A stretch of 64,000 nucleotides of DNA, from IMG/VR virus record IMGVR_UViG_3300020056_000007, one strand, 5' to 3'. The stretch comes from a virus. A program made the position numbers and the translations under genes. Shown piece after piece: positions 56,484-64,000 of the stretch. Below the pieces are notes generated by a model that worked only from the letters and a program-made list of their open reading frames with translations, was not told the origin of the DNA and made no database searches. The stretch's first letter is position 1. Every line of letters starts with the position of its first letter.

Positions 56484-57020
56484 ATGGCAGTTTTAGGCGT
56501 AGATGATTTTAAATCAAAATTAAGAGGTGGAGGCGCACGCCCTAATCTCTTTAAAGCCACTATCAACTTTCCTGCTTATGCGGGTGGTGATCCAGAACTA
56601 ACATCGTTTTTATGTGAAGCTGCTCAGCTTCCCGGATCTACGATGGGAACCATTATTGTTCCTTTCCGTGGTAGACAGTTAAAAATGGCAGGTGACAGAA
56701 CATTCGCTGAATGGACTGTGACTATCATTAACGACACAGATTTCGCGGTAAGAAACTCAATGGAAAGATGGATGAATGGTATTAATGCTCATTCAGCGAA
56801 TACTGGGCTATCTTCACCAATTGCATATGAAGCAGATCTGAAAGTGGAGCAATTAGATCGAGAAGGAGCGAGTATTAAAGAATATGTCTTTAGAGGCTCA
56901 TTCCCAACCGATGTAAGTGCAATTGATTTGAATTACGGAACTAACGATGACATCGAAAGATTCACTGTTACTTTCGCATATCAATATTTTGATAGTCGAA
57001 ACGAAGATACGACTACATAA
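56484..57020 (+). CDS. gp19: Tail tube protein gp19
   Basis: GGARPNLF, AAQLPGS, FRGRQLKMAGDRTFAEWTVTIINDTDF. Confidence 0.95.
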   Translation: MAVLGVDDFKSKLRGGGARPNLFKATINFPAYAGGDPELTSFLCEAAQLPGSTMGTIIVPFRGRQLKMAGDRTFAEWTVTIINDTDFAVRNSMERWMNGINAHSANTGLSSPIAYEADLKVEQLDREGASIKEYVFRGSFPTDVSAIDLNYGTNDDIERFTVTFAYQYFDSRNEDTTT

Positions 57021-57035
57021 TATATAAACTATTAG

Positions 57036-57057
57036 CGGAGGGCCACGTGGCCCTCCG
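57036..57057. other. 22-bp perfect GC-rich palindrome (RNA hairpin) between gp19 and gp20
   Basis: CGGAGGGCCAC|GTGGCCCTCCG; no U-tract follows on the + strand. Confidence 0.8.
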
Positions 57058-57076
57058 TAAATAAAAGGATTTTTTA

Positions 57077-58597
57077 ATGGCAGAAAACGATAGAAGTATT
57101 TCATTATTTGGTTTTGAAATAAAAAGAAAAGGTACGGGAGATAAAAAACAACTTCCGTCTATTGTTCCGCCTATTGATGATGATGGCGCGGGTTATGTAA
57201 CCGCAGCTGGAACACATTATGGACAATATTTAAATATCGATGGTGATGATTCAAAAGATAATCACCAATTAATAATGAAATATCGTGGATGTTCAATGCA
57301 TCCAGAAGTAGACGCAGCTTTAGAAGATATTATTAATGAAGCAATTGCGGGTGGTTTGATGGAACAACCTGTAAATATTAATATGGATAAACTTGATCAA
57401 TCACCATCTATTAAGAAAAAAATAAAAGAAGAATTTGATAATATTGTTGGTATGTTAAATTTTCATGAAAACGCTCATGATATTTTCCGTAGATGGTATG
57501 TTGATGGAAGAATTTATCATCATTTAGTTGTGAATGAAGCAAACTTAAAAGCTGGTATTCAAGAAATTAGACCAATTGATGCGGCAAAAATTCGTAAAGT
57601 AAAACAAGTTAAAAGAAAAAAAGATCCAAAGACTGGTGCTAATTTAGTTGAAAAGGTTGATGAATACTACATTTATCAAGAAAAACCTGGCCAACAAACA
57701 GCTGGTGTAAAAATGAGTTTAGATTCAGTAAGCTATGTTACATCTGGGTTACTTGATGAGTCGCGCAAAAAGGTTGTATCTTATTTGCACAAAGCAATTA
57801 AACCTATTAATCAATTACGTATGATGGAAGATTCGCTGGTTATTTATAGACTAGCTAGAGCACCTGAACGTAGAATTTTTTATATTGATGTTGGTAATTT
57901 ACCACGAGGTAAGTCAGAACAATATATGAAAGATATTATGGCTAAGTACCGTAATAAACTTGTATATGATGCTAAGACTGGTGAAATTAGAGATGATCGT
58001 AAACATCAATCTTTATTAGAAGATTTTTGGTTGCCAAGGCGTGAAGGCGGTAGAGGTACGGAAATTTCTACACTACCTGGAGGTGAAAACCTTGGGCAAA
58101 TTGATGATATTGTATATTTTCAAAAACGTATGTATCGTTCACTTAATGTTCCATTAAATAGATTAGAACAAGAACAACAATTTAGCCTAGGTAGATCGAC
58201 TGAAATTTCTAGAGATGAATTAAAATTTCAAAAATTTATTGATAGATTACGTAGAAAATTTTCACATTTATTCTACGGCATTCTTAAAACACAACTAGTC
58301 TTAAAGGGAATTATTACTGAAGAAGATTGGGAATCAATTAAGAATGATATTGTCTGTGATTACGTAAGAGATAATCACTTTACAGAATTAAAAGATGCCG
58401 AACTTTTAAGAGAAAAACTTCAAACTTTAGATTTACTACAGAATTATATTGGAGAATTCTTTTCTAAAGAATGGATATTTAAAAATGTGTTAGTCTTAGA
58501 TGATGAAGAAATCACTAAGATGAAAGGCGAAATGAAAAGCGAAACCAATTCTGGTGAAATAGAACCTAAAGGAGACAATGATGACAATGACAGATGA
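57077..58597 (+). CDS. gp20: Portal protein gp20
   Basis: FRRWYVDGR, NQLRMMEDSLVIYRLARAPERRIFYIDVGNLP and EDFWLPRREGGRGTEI. Confidence 0.97.
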   Translation: MAENDRSISLFGFEIKRKGTGDKKQLPSIVPPIDDDGAGYVTAAGTHYGQYLNIDGDDSKDNHQLIMKYRGCSMHPEVDAALEDIINEAIAGGLMEQPVNINMDKLDQSPSIKKKIKEEFDNIVGMLNFHENAHDIFRRWYVDGRIYHHLVVNEANLKAGIQEIRPIDAAKIRKVKQVKRKKDPKTGANLVEKVDEYYIYQEKPGQQTAGVKMSLDSVSYVTSGLLDESRKKVVSYLHKAIKPINQLRMMEDSLVIYRLARAPERRIFYIDVGNLPRGKSEQYMKDIMAKYRNKLVYDAKTGEIRDDRKHQSLLEDFWLPRREGGRGTEISTLPGGENLGQIDDIVYFQKRMYRSLNVPLNRLEQEQQFSLGRSTEISRDELKFQKFIDRLRRKFSHLFYGILKTQLVLKGIITEEDWESIKNDIVCDYVRDNHFTELKDAELLREKLQTLDLLQNYIGEFFSKEWIFKNVLVLDDEEITKMKGEMKSETNSGEIEPKGDNDDNDR

Positions 58598-58904
58598 TAT
58601 GATTCAACATGCTTTAAATAAAGATTATAATAAAGCTAATCAAATTTTTCAAGATATTATGGGCGCTAAAGTTAATGATATGCTTGATCAAGAAAAAATT
58701 AGATTAGCCGATCAAATATATAATGGCGCTGAACCTGATGAAGAGCAATTGGAATTAGATTTAGAAGATGAAGAGGAGGATGATGAACAAGACATGGGAC
58801 AAACACCAAGCGAAGCCGAGATGGGCGAAGAAGGAGTATCGGAGCCCGATAGTGATGTTGAAATCGGAGTGGGAGACGAAGACGGAGACGACACAGAATC
58901 ATAA
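58578..58904 (+). CDS. Acidic prohead core protein (gp67-like)
   Basis: Position after the portal gene; highly acidic C-terminus. Confidence 0.6.
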   Translation: MMTMTDDMIQHALNKDYNKANQIFQDIMGAKVNDMLDQEKIRLADQIYNGAEPDEEQLELDLEDEEEDDEQDMGQTPSEAEMGEEGVSEPDSDVEIGVGDEDGDDTES

Positions 58905-58971
58905 AGGTGAAGTAAGTAATCGAACATATAGAGTACTTATTAACTTAGATGAAAGTCAAGATTCAGATTCG

Positions 58972-58979
58972 TATAAATA
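58972..58979 (+). promoter_or_regulatory. T4-type late promoter TATAAATA
   Basis: Exact consensus upstream of 58987 and gp21. Confidence 0.8.
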
Positions 58980-58986
58980 AATAAAA

Positions 58987-59190
58987 ATGACAAAAATGAA
59001 AAAGTTTAGTGCACTTAGGAAAACAAAATTACAAGGTAAAACTAAATCTTTTAAAGGGATTAAGATTACCGTGGCACAAGAAGGCGGAAAGTATATTGCC
59101 TATGTAGATGGCGATAGACTAGACGTCTATAGAAATGAAAGAGAGGCTTTTAAAGCCGGCGAAGAATTTATTAAACAGGTAAAAACATGA
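58987..59190 (+). CDS. Small basic protein in the gp68 position
   Basis: 67-aa ORF with an ATGA overlap onto gp21. Confidence 0.6.
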   Translation: MTKMKKFSALRKTKLQGKTKSFKGIKITVAQEGGKYIAYVDGDRLDVYRNEREAFKAGEEFIKQVKT

Positions 59191-59846
59191 AATTAATTGC
59201 GGAATACACAGAAGACAATTTAGAAGTTTTAACTGAGGCCCGTAAAGACGGGTCAAAGAAGTATTCTATTGAAGGTGTCTTTATGTCCGCAGAACAGAAA
59301 AATAGGAACGGTAGAATATATCCGCGCGTAGTAATGGAAAACGCAGTAAATAAGTATGTTACTGAGCAAGTACAAAAAGGGCGCGCAGTTGGTGAATTAA
59401 ATCACCCTGAAGGACCTACCGTAAACCTTGATAAGGTTTCACACAAAATTGAAAACCTCGAATGGTCGGGGAACAATGTTGTGGGAAAAGCCACAGTATT
59501 GGAGACTCCTATGGGTAAGATCGTACAAGGTCTTCTCGAAGGCGGTGTTCAACTGGGCGTTTCGACTCGTGGTATGGGAAGCTTGCAGCGAACTAATGAC
59601 GCAATGGTTGTCAAAGATGACTTTCTACTCAATGCAGTAGACATTGTTCAGGATCCCTCCGCACCTAGCGCTTTTGTTAATGGAATAATGGAAGGTGTTG
59701 AGTGGGTATGGAACAACGGCATTATTGAGCAAAGAGCAATTGAACAAATGGAGACTGAAATTAAGAATGCTCCACGCACCGATCTCTATGAGACACAAGT
59801 TCGTGAGTTTAAAAATTTCCTCTCGTTACTCAAAACTAAATTGTAA
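59187..59846 (+). CDS. gp21: Prohead protease gp21
   Basis: IEGVF...KNRNGRIYP, GELNHP, GVSTRGMGSL and DIVQDPSAPSAFV. Confidence 0.95.
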   Translation: MKLIAEYTEDNLEVLTEARKDGSKKYSIEGVFMSAEQKNRNGRIYPRVVMENAVNKYVTEQVQKGRAVGELNHPEGPTVNLDKVSHKIENLEWSGNNVVGKATVLETPMGKIVQGLLEGGVQLGVSTRGMGSLQRTNDAMVVKDDFLLNAVDIVQDPSAPSAFVNGIMEGVEWVWNNGIIEQRAIEQMETEIKNAPRTDLYETQVREFKNFLSLLKTKL

Positions 59847-59859
59847 AAGGAGTCAATAA

Positions 59860-60936
59860 ATGACTGATGAAAATCAAATTGAAGATCAAGAAATTGAACT
59901 CCACGATGATGAGAACGAAGTCGTGGAAGAAGCTCATGATCCAAAGAATGCTGAGGCCCAGTCCGTTGCATCTGTAGACGCTGCAGGTGACAAAGGACCA
60001 AAAGCTAAGGCACGTAAAGGTGATAAAGGTGGCAAGGACGCCATGCAAAAAGCTCCTGCAAGTCCAGTTCCTGGTACGAAAGCTGGTATGATTAATGCTG
60101 CTTTCCAGCATATGTCAAAAATGACCAAAGCTGAAATGTCAGAACTATACGGAAAAATGTTTGCTGAAGGTATAGAAGAAGGCGAAGTGGTAGAAATGCC
60201 AGAAGCTGATATTGACTACCAAGCAGATTTTTCTGATGATCTCAATGCATTGATTGCTGATGAAGCAACTCTAAGCGAAGAGTTCAAGGATAAAGCAGGT
60301 GTTATTTTCGAAGCAGCTATCAAATCGAAGCTAGCAGAAGAAATTGATCGCCTTGAAGAAAAATACAACGAAGAACTCGAAGCAGAAATTACTTCTACTA
60401 AAGAGGACTTAGTTGAAAAAGTAGACAACTACCTTAATTATGTAGTTGAAGGTTGGATGGAAGATAATAAAGTTGCTGTCCAATCTGGTCTACGTACAGA
60501 GATCGCTGAGAAGTTCATGAATAGCTTGAAAGATCTATTCACTGAATCTTATATCGAAGTACCAGAGTCTAAAGTCGACCTAGTTGACGAACTGGCTGAA
60601 ACAGTTGAAGAATTAGAAGAAAAACTTAATTCACAAACTGGTTCATTGATTGAAATGACAGAAGAGTTAGAAGCCTATAAGCGTGAAGCGGTTATCCGTG
60701 AAGCATCTAAAGACTTGGCCGAAACTCAAATTGAAAAACTAAAAAATCTAGTTGAAGATATTGATTTCGATGATGAAGAAACTTTTGCTAAAAAAGTCTC
60801 AACAATCAAAGAATCATACTTTAAACAAGGTAAATCTGAAACTGCAGATCTAGATCCAACAGATATTGATGACGGAACAGAAGTAACATCCGGATCAATG
60901 GCTCAGTATCTAACTGCCTTACGTAACGTAAAATAA
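59860..60936 (+). CDS. gp22: Prohead core scaffold protein gp22
   Basis: LSEEFK.KA..IFEAA, VDNYLNYVVE.WM..N; acidic coiled coil. Confidence 0.92.
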   Translation: MTDENQIEDQEIELHDDENEVVEEAHDPKNAEAQSVASVDAAGDKGPKAKARKGDKGGKDAMQKAPASPVPGTKAGMINAAFQHMSKMTKAEMSELYGKMFAEGIEEGEVVEMPEADIDYQADFSDDLNALIADEATLSEEFKDKAGVIFEAAIKSKLAEEIDRLEEKYNEELEAEITSTKEDLVEKVDNYLNYVVEGWMEDNKVAVQSGLRTEIAEKFMNSLKDLFTESYIEVPESKVDLVDELAETVEELEEKLNSQTGSLIEMTEELEAYKREAVIREASKDLAETQIEKLKNLVEDIDFDDEETFAKKVSTIKESYFKQGKSETADLDPTDIDDGTEVTSGSMAQYLTALRNVK

Positions 60937-60951
60937 ATTAGGAGTGTCCAA

Positions 60952-62286
60952 ATGGAAGTCGCATACGATAAACTCGTAGAAAAATGGGCCCCAGTTCTGA
61001 ATGAAGAATCTGCAGGTTCCATTAAAGATAATCATAGAAAAGCAGTAACTGCTGCTATTCTTGAAAACCAAGAAAAAGCTCTCATTGAAGAGGGTATGAT
61101 TAATGAAGCAGCCCCAACCATGAATACTGGTGCAGCTGCTAATTGGAATCCAATCCTTATCGCACTTGTAAGACGTGCAATGCCTAACCTTATGGCATAC
61201 GATGTCTGCGGTGTTCAGCCAATGACTGGGCCAACTGGCTTGATCTTTGCAATGAGATCTCGCTATAAAACAGCTTCTAACGGTGTTTCTATCGATGATG
61301 AAGCATTGTTTAACGAAGCCGTAACTGGCTATTCAGGTGATTCCACCTTTACTCAACCATCAGGTACATCTGGTCTTGAAGGTCTGACTGACCTTGATGG
61401 CGATAGCACAATTGCTGACTCAGCAGTTACTGCTCTTGCAGGTGGAGGAATGCCAACAGCCGATGCTGAAGCACTCGGTGGTGGCGGTACTTCTGACTTC
61501 AACGAAATGGGTTTCACCATTGAAAAAGCAACTGTGACTGCAAAGTCCAGAGCACTGAAAGCAGAATACAGCTTAGAATTAGCACAAGACTTGAAAGCAA
61601 TTCATGGTCTTGACGCTGAAACTGAGTTGGCAAATATTCTGTCAACAGAAATCATGGCTGAAATTAACCGTGAAGTTATTAGAACAATCAACTCACAAGC
61701 TAAAGTTGGTGCACTACAAAGCAACACAGCTATTAACGGTATCTTTAATGTTCAGTCTGATGCAGACGGCCGTTGGTCAGTTGAAAAGTTCAAAGGACTT
61801 ATCCTTCAAATCGAAAGAGAGTCTAACGTAATTGCAAAAGAAACACGTAGAGGTAAAGGTAACTTCATTATCTGCTCTTCTGATGTAGCTTCTGCACTTT
61901 CTGCAGCTGGTATGTTGGATTATACTCCAGCATTGTCAACTAACCTCAATGTAGACGATACAGGCAACACCTTTGCTGGTGTTCTGAATGGTCGCACAAG
62001 AGTATACATCGATCCATATGCAACTGCTGACTATGTCACAGTTGGTTATAAGGGTACTAACCCATATGATGCCGGTGTATTCTATTGCCCATATGTACCA
62101 CTAACTATGGTACGTGCAGTAGGTGAGAACACATTCCAGCCAAAAATCGGATTCAAAACTCGTTACGGTATGGTTTCAAACCCATTCGTAGACGTAGGAA
62201 GTATGTCCGGTAGAGATGGATTGGCAACTGCTAAGACTAACCAATACTACAGAATCTTCAGAGTAGATAATATTCTCGGAGCATAA
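60952..62286 (+). CDS. gp23: Major capsid protein gp23
   Basis: LVRRAMPNL.AYD.CGVQPMTGPTGLIFA, SRALKAEYSLELAQDLKAIHGLDAE and FQPKIGFKTRYG. Confidence 0.98.
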   Translation: MEVAYDKLVEKWAPVLNEESAGSIKDNHRKAVTAAILENQEKALIEEGMINEAAPTMNTGAAANWNPILIALVRRAMPNLMAYDVCGVQPMTGPTGLIFAMRSRYKTASNGVSIDDEALFNEAVTGYSGDSTFTQPSGTSGLEGLTDLDGDSTIADSAVTALAGGGMPTADAEALGGGGTSDFNEMGFTIEKATVTAKSRALKAEYSLELAQDLKAIHGLDAETELANILSTEIMAEINREVIRTINSQAKVGALQSNTAINGIFNVQSDADGRWSVEKFKGLILQIERESNVIAKETRRGKGNFIICSSDVASALSAAGMLDYTPALSTNLNVDDTGNTFAGVLNGRTRVYIDPYATADYVTVGYKGTNPYDAGVFYCPYVPLTMVRAVGENTFQPKIGFKTRYGMVSNPFVDVGSMSGRDGLATAKTNQYYRIFRVDNILGA

Positions 62287-62308
62287 TAAGAGTTCTATCT
62301 CTAACTTT

Positions 62309-62334
62309 AGGGGGGCTTCGGCCCCTCTTTTTTT
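62309..62334 (+). terminator. Rho-independent terminator with UUCG tetraloop after gp23
   Basis: GGGGC-TTCG-GCCCC followed by TCTTTTTTT. Confidence 0.92.
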
Positions 62335-62345
62335 CATTAAACTTG

Positions 62346-62353
62346 TATAAATA
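62346..62353 (+). promoter_or_regulatory. T4-type late promoter TATAAATA
   Basis: Exact consensus 5 nt before the gp3 ATG. Confidence 0.85.
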
Positions 62354-62358
62354 GATAC

Positions 62359-62859
62359 ATGGCAGAGTTAACTACAAATATAAATTATCTTCAACCTACG
62401 TCGTTTAAGATTACAATTGATCGGAAAAATTTTCCAAACTTGGAATTTTTCTGTCAGGATTTTACGCATCCTGGTATGATTATGAACTCAGTTGAAGTTC
62501 CATATAAGAAAATACAAGCAATACCTTTTATTGGTGATAAATTAACATTTAATGAATTGCTTGCAAATATTATTTTAGATGAAAATATGGAAGCTTATAA
62601 TGAAATGTATAATTGGATGAGAACTAATTTAGATAATAACGAAAATTCTAGATTAGAGAGTGAAGGATTAAGACCACCTAGTGTTTCTGATATTACGTTA
62701 TCAATTCTTTCGAGCCATAATAATCAGACAAAACAAGTTAGATATATAGATTGTATGCCAACAGCTTTAACTGATATTCAATTTCAGTCAACTGCAAGTG
62801 GTACAGAATTTATAACATTTGGAGCATCATTTAGATTTAGTTATTTTGAATTAATATAG
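62359..62859 (+). CDS. gp3: Tail completion / tube terminator gp3
   Basis: NYLQPTSF...FFCQ...PG...GDKLTF..L.....LDENM..Y.E.YNWM; synteny after gp23. Confidence 0.85.
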   Translation: MAELTTNINYLQPTSFKITIDRKNFPNLEFFCQDFTHPGMIMNSVEVPYKKIQAIPFIGDKLTFNELLANIILDENMEAYNEMYNWMRTNLDNNENSRLESEGLRPPSVSDITLSILSSHNNQTKQVRYIDCMPTALTDIQFQSTASGTEFITFGASFRFSYFELI

Positions 62860-62866
62860 GTATATT

Positions 62867-63310
62867 ATGGATTTGGAAAAAATATTAGCTGAGTGGCGCA
62901 GTGAAAACGCCATTGATGAATATCATTTAGATGAAACATCAAGAGATACACCAATTCTTCATGGTAAGTATCTCGAATATCTTTCTACCGCAAAATTACA
63001 ATTAAAACGAGCAGAGTTTAAACAAAAAACTTTGTTAAAGCAAAAGTGGTTATATTATAACGGAAAGATGACCGAAGAAGAAATAAAAGAAACTGGATGG
63101 GCATTAGATCCTTTTAATGGCATGAAAATATTAAAAGGTGAAATGGAATATTATTATGACGCAGATCCAGAAATACAAAAATCAGAAGAAAAAATTCTGT
63201 ATTATAAGACAATGATTGAGACATTACAGGAGATTATAAATAATCTTAATTGGCGTCATCAGACTATAAGTAATATGATTAAATGGAAACAGTTCGAGTC
63301 AGGAAATTAA
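62867..63310 (+). CDS. uvsY: Recombination mediator UvsY
   Basis: W.....ID...LD......P.LH.KYL...KWLYY.GK...Y.DAD...I.N.IKW..F; synteny. Confidence 0.88.
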   Translation: MDLEKILAEWRSENAIDEYHLDETSRDTPILHGKYLEYLSTAKLQLKRAEFKQKTLLKQKWLYYNGKMTEEEIKETGWALDPFNGMKILKGEMEYYYDADPEIQKSEEKILYYKTMIETLQEIINNLNWRHQTISNMIKWKQFESGN

Positions 63311-64000
63311 CTCACGCTAATTTACATGTAGAATGTAATAGTGGTATAGCAGCTGAATTGAGAGAATATTTCTCATTCTATGTGCCTGGTTATAAATTTA
63401 TGCCAGCATTTAAAAATAGAATGTGGGATGGCAAGATTCGTTTATTTGATTCTAATACTGGAGAATTGCCTGCTGGTTTATTTTTCCACTTGCAGGAATT
63501 TTGTAAACAACGCGCTTATATGCTTGGTAGTGAAACCACGAAATATGGTGGTCCTATCGATACGGTGCACATTAATCCTAAACTCATTATGGAATGGATT
63601 GAAGGTTTAGGTTTACCATTTAAAGTGCGAGATTACCAATTCGATGCTTTATGTCATGCGTTACATAATAAAAGAAATATTCTTGTATCTCCTACTGGTT
63701 CTGGTAAATCGTTAATTATATATTTGCTCGCAAAATTTTGGTTGCAAATGTTAACTGATGGAGTAGCATATCCAAAAGCCGGAAGAGTTTTAATTATTGT
63801 ACCTACTACTTCTTTAGTTGAACAAATGCACAATGATCTTATAGAATATGGTCAAGGACCTAATGGTATACACCGTATATATAGTGGTAAGGACAAAAAA
63901 TTTGATGCTGCGATTTGTATATCTACATGGCAATCAATTTATAAATTGCCAAAAGCATGGTTCGATCAATTTGGAATGGTAATTGGTGATGAATGTCATG
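63283..64000 (+). CDS. uvsW: DNA helicase UvsW (3' truncated by window edge; not in ORF track)
   Basis: METVRVRKL...FSFYVPGYKFMPAFKNRMWDGKIRLF...RDYQ...SPTGSGKS...VPTTSLVEQM...STWQSIYK...GDECH. Confidence 0.93.
   Translation, partial: METVRVRKLTHANLHVECNSGIAAELREYFSFYVPGYKFMPAFKNRMWDGKIRLFDSNTGELPAGLFFHLQEFCKQRAYMLGSETTKYGGPIDTVHINPKLIMEWIEGLGLPFKVRDYQFDALCHALHNKRNILVSPTGSGKSLIIYLLAKFWLQMLTDGVAYPKAGRVLIIVPTTSLVEQMHNDLIEYGQGPNGIHRIYSGKDKKFDAAICISTWQSIYKLPKAWFDQFGMVIGDECH

Noticed and set aside
52860-62286. Introns, inteins, homing endonucleases or stop-codon recoding in core genes
   Set aside because: gp17, gp18, gp20 and gp23 are continuous and of normal length; TAA, TAG and TGA all act as stops.
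63380-63610. 76-aa ORF in the track
   Set aside because: It lies out of frame within uvsW, which starts at 63283 and runs off the window.
1-64000. tRNA, rRNA or mobile element
   Set aside because: Intergenic gaps are about 100 bp or shorter with no cloverleaf seen; no transposase or integrase motifs.

Overview
This window is part of an AT-rich T4-like (contractile-tailed) phage genome. The gene order resembles marine cyanomyoviruses and pelagimyoviruses; the host cannot be determined from this window. The + strand carries the late virion module: baseplate gp6(end)-gp7-gp9-gp8, a VrlC/DUF4815-like protein split in two, many fibre and accessory virion proteins, neck/tail/packaging/head genes gp13-gp23, then gp3, uvsY and the start of uvsW. 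T4 late promoters (TATAAATA) punctuate the region. Inserted on the - strand (14800-26954) is a 14-gene, translationally coupled biosynthetic operon with its own late promoter: four radical SAM enzymes, a free SPASM-like domain, a PP-loop/QueC-like enzyme, a nitroreductase, a DegT aminotransferase, an SGNH protein, a carbamoyltransferase, a methyltransferase, two glycosyltransferases and one unknown. A four-domain glycosyltransferase/methyltransferase sits just before the neck genes. The most striking signal is a strong, directional excess of Asp-Ser (DS) dipeptides in outer virion proteins, absent from terminase, scaffold and protease. Together these suggest a phage-encoded system that chemically decorates its own virion at DS sites (inference). 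Other highlights are five type-1-copper-like (H...CxxHxxM) domains in virion proteins, four of them inserts and one circularly permuted, and an uncalled 47-aa Cys/His-rich metallothionein-like ORF. All motif counts were made by eye and are approximate; no database searches were run.
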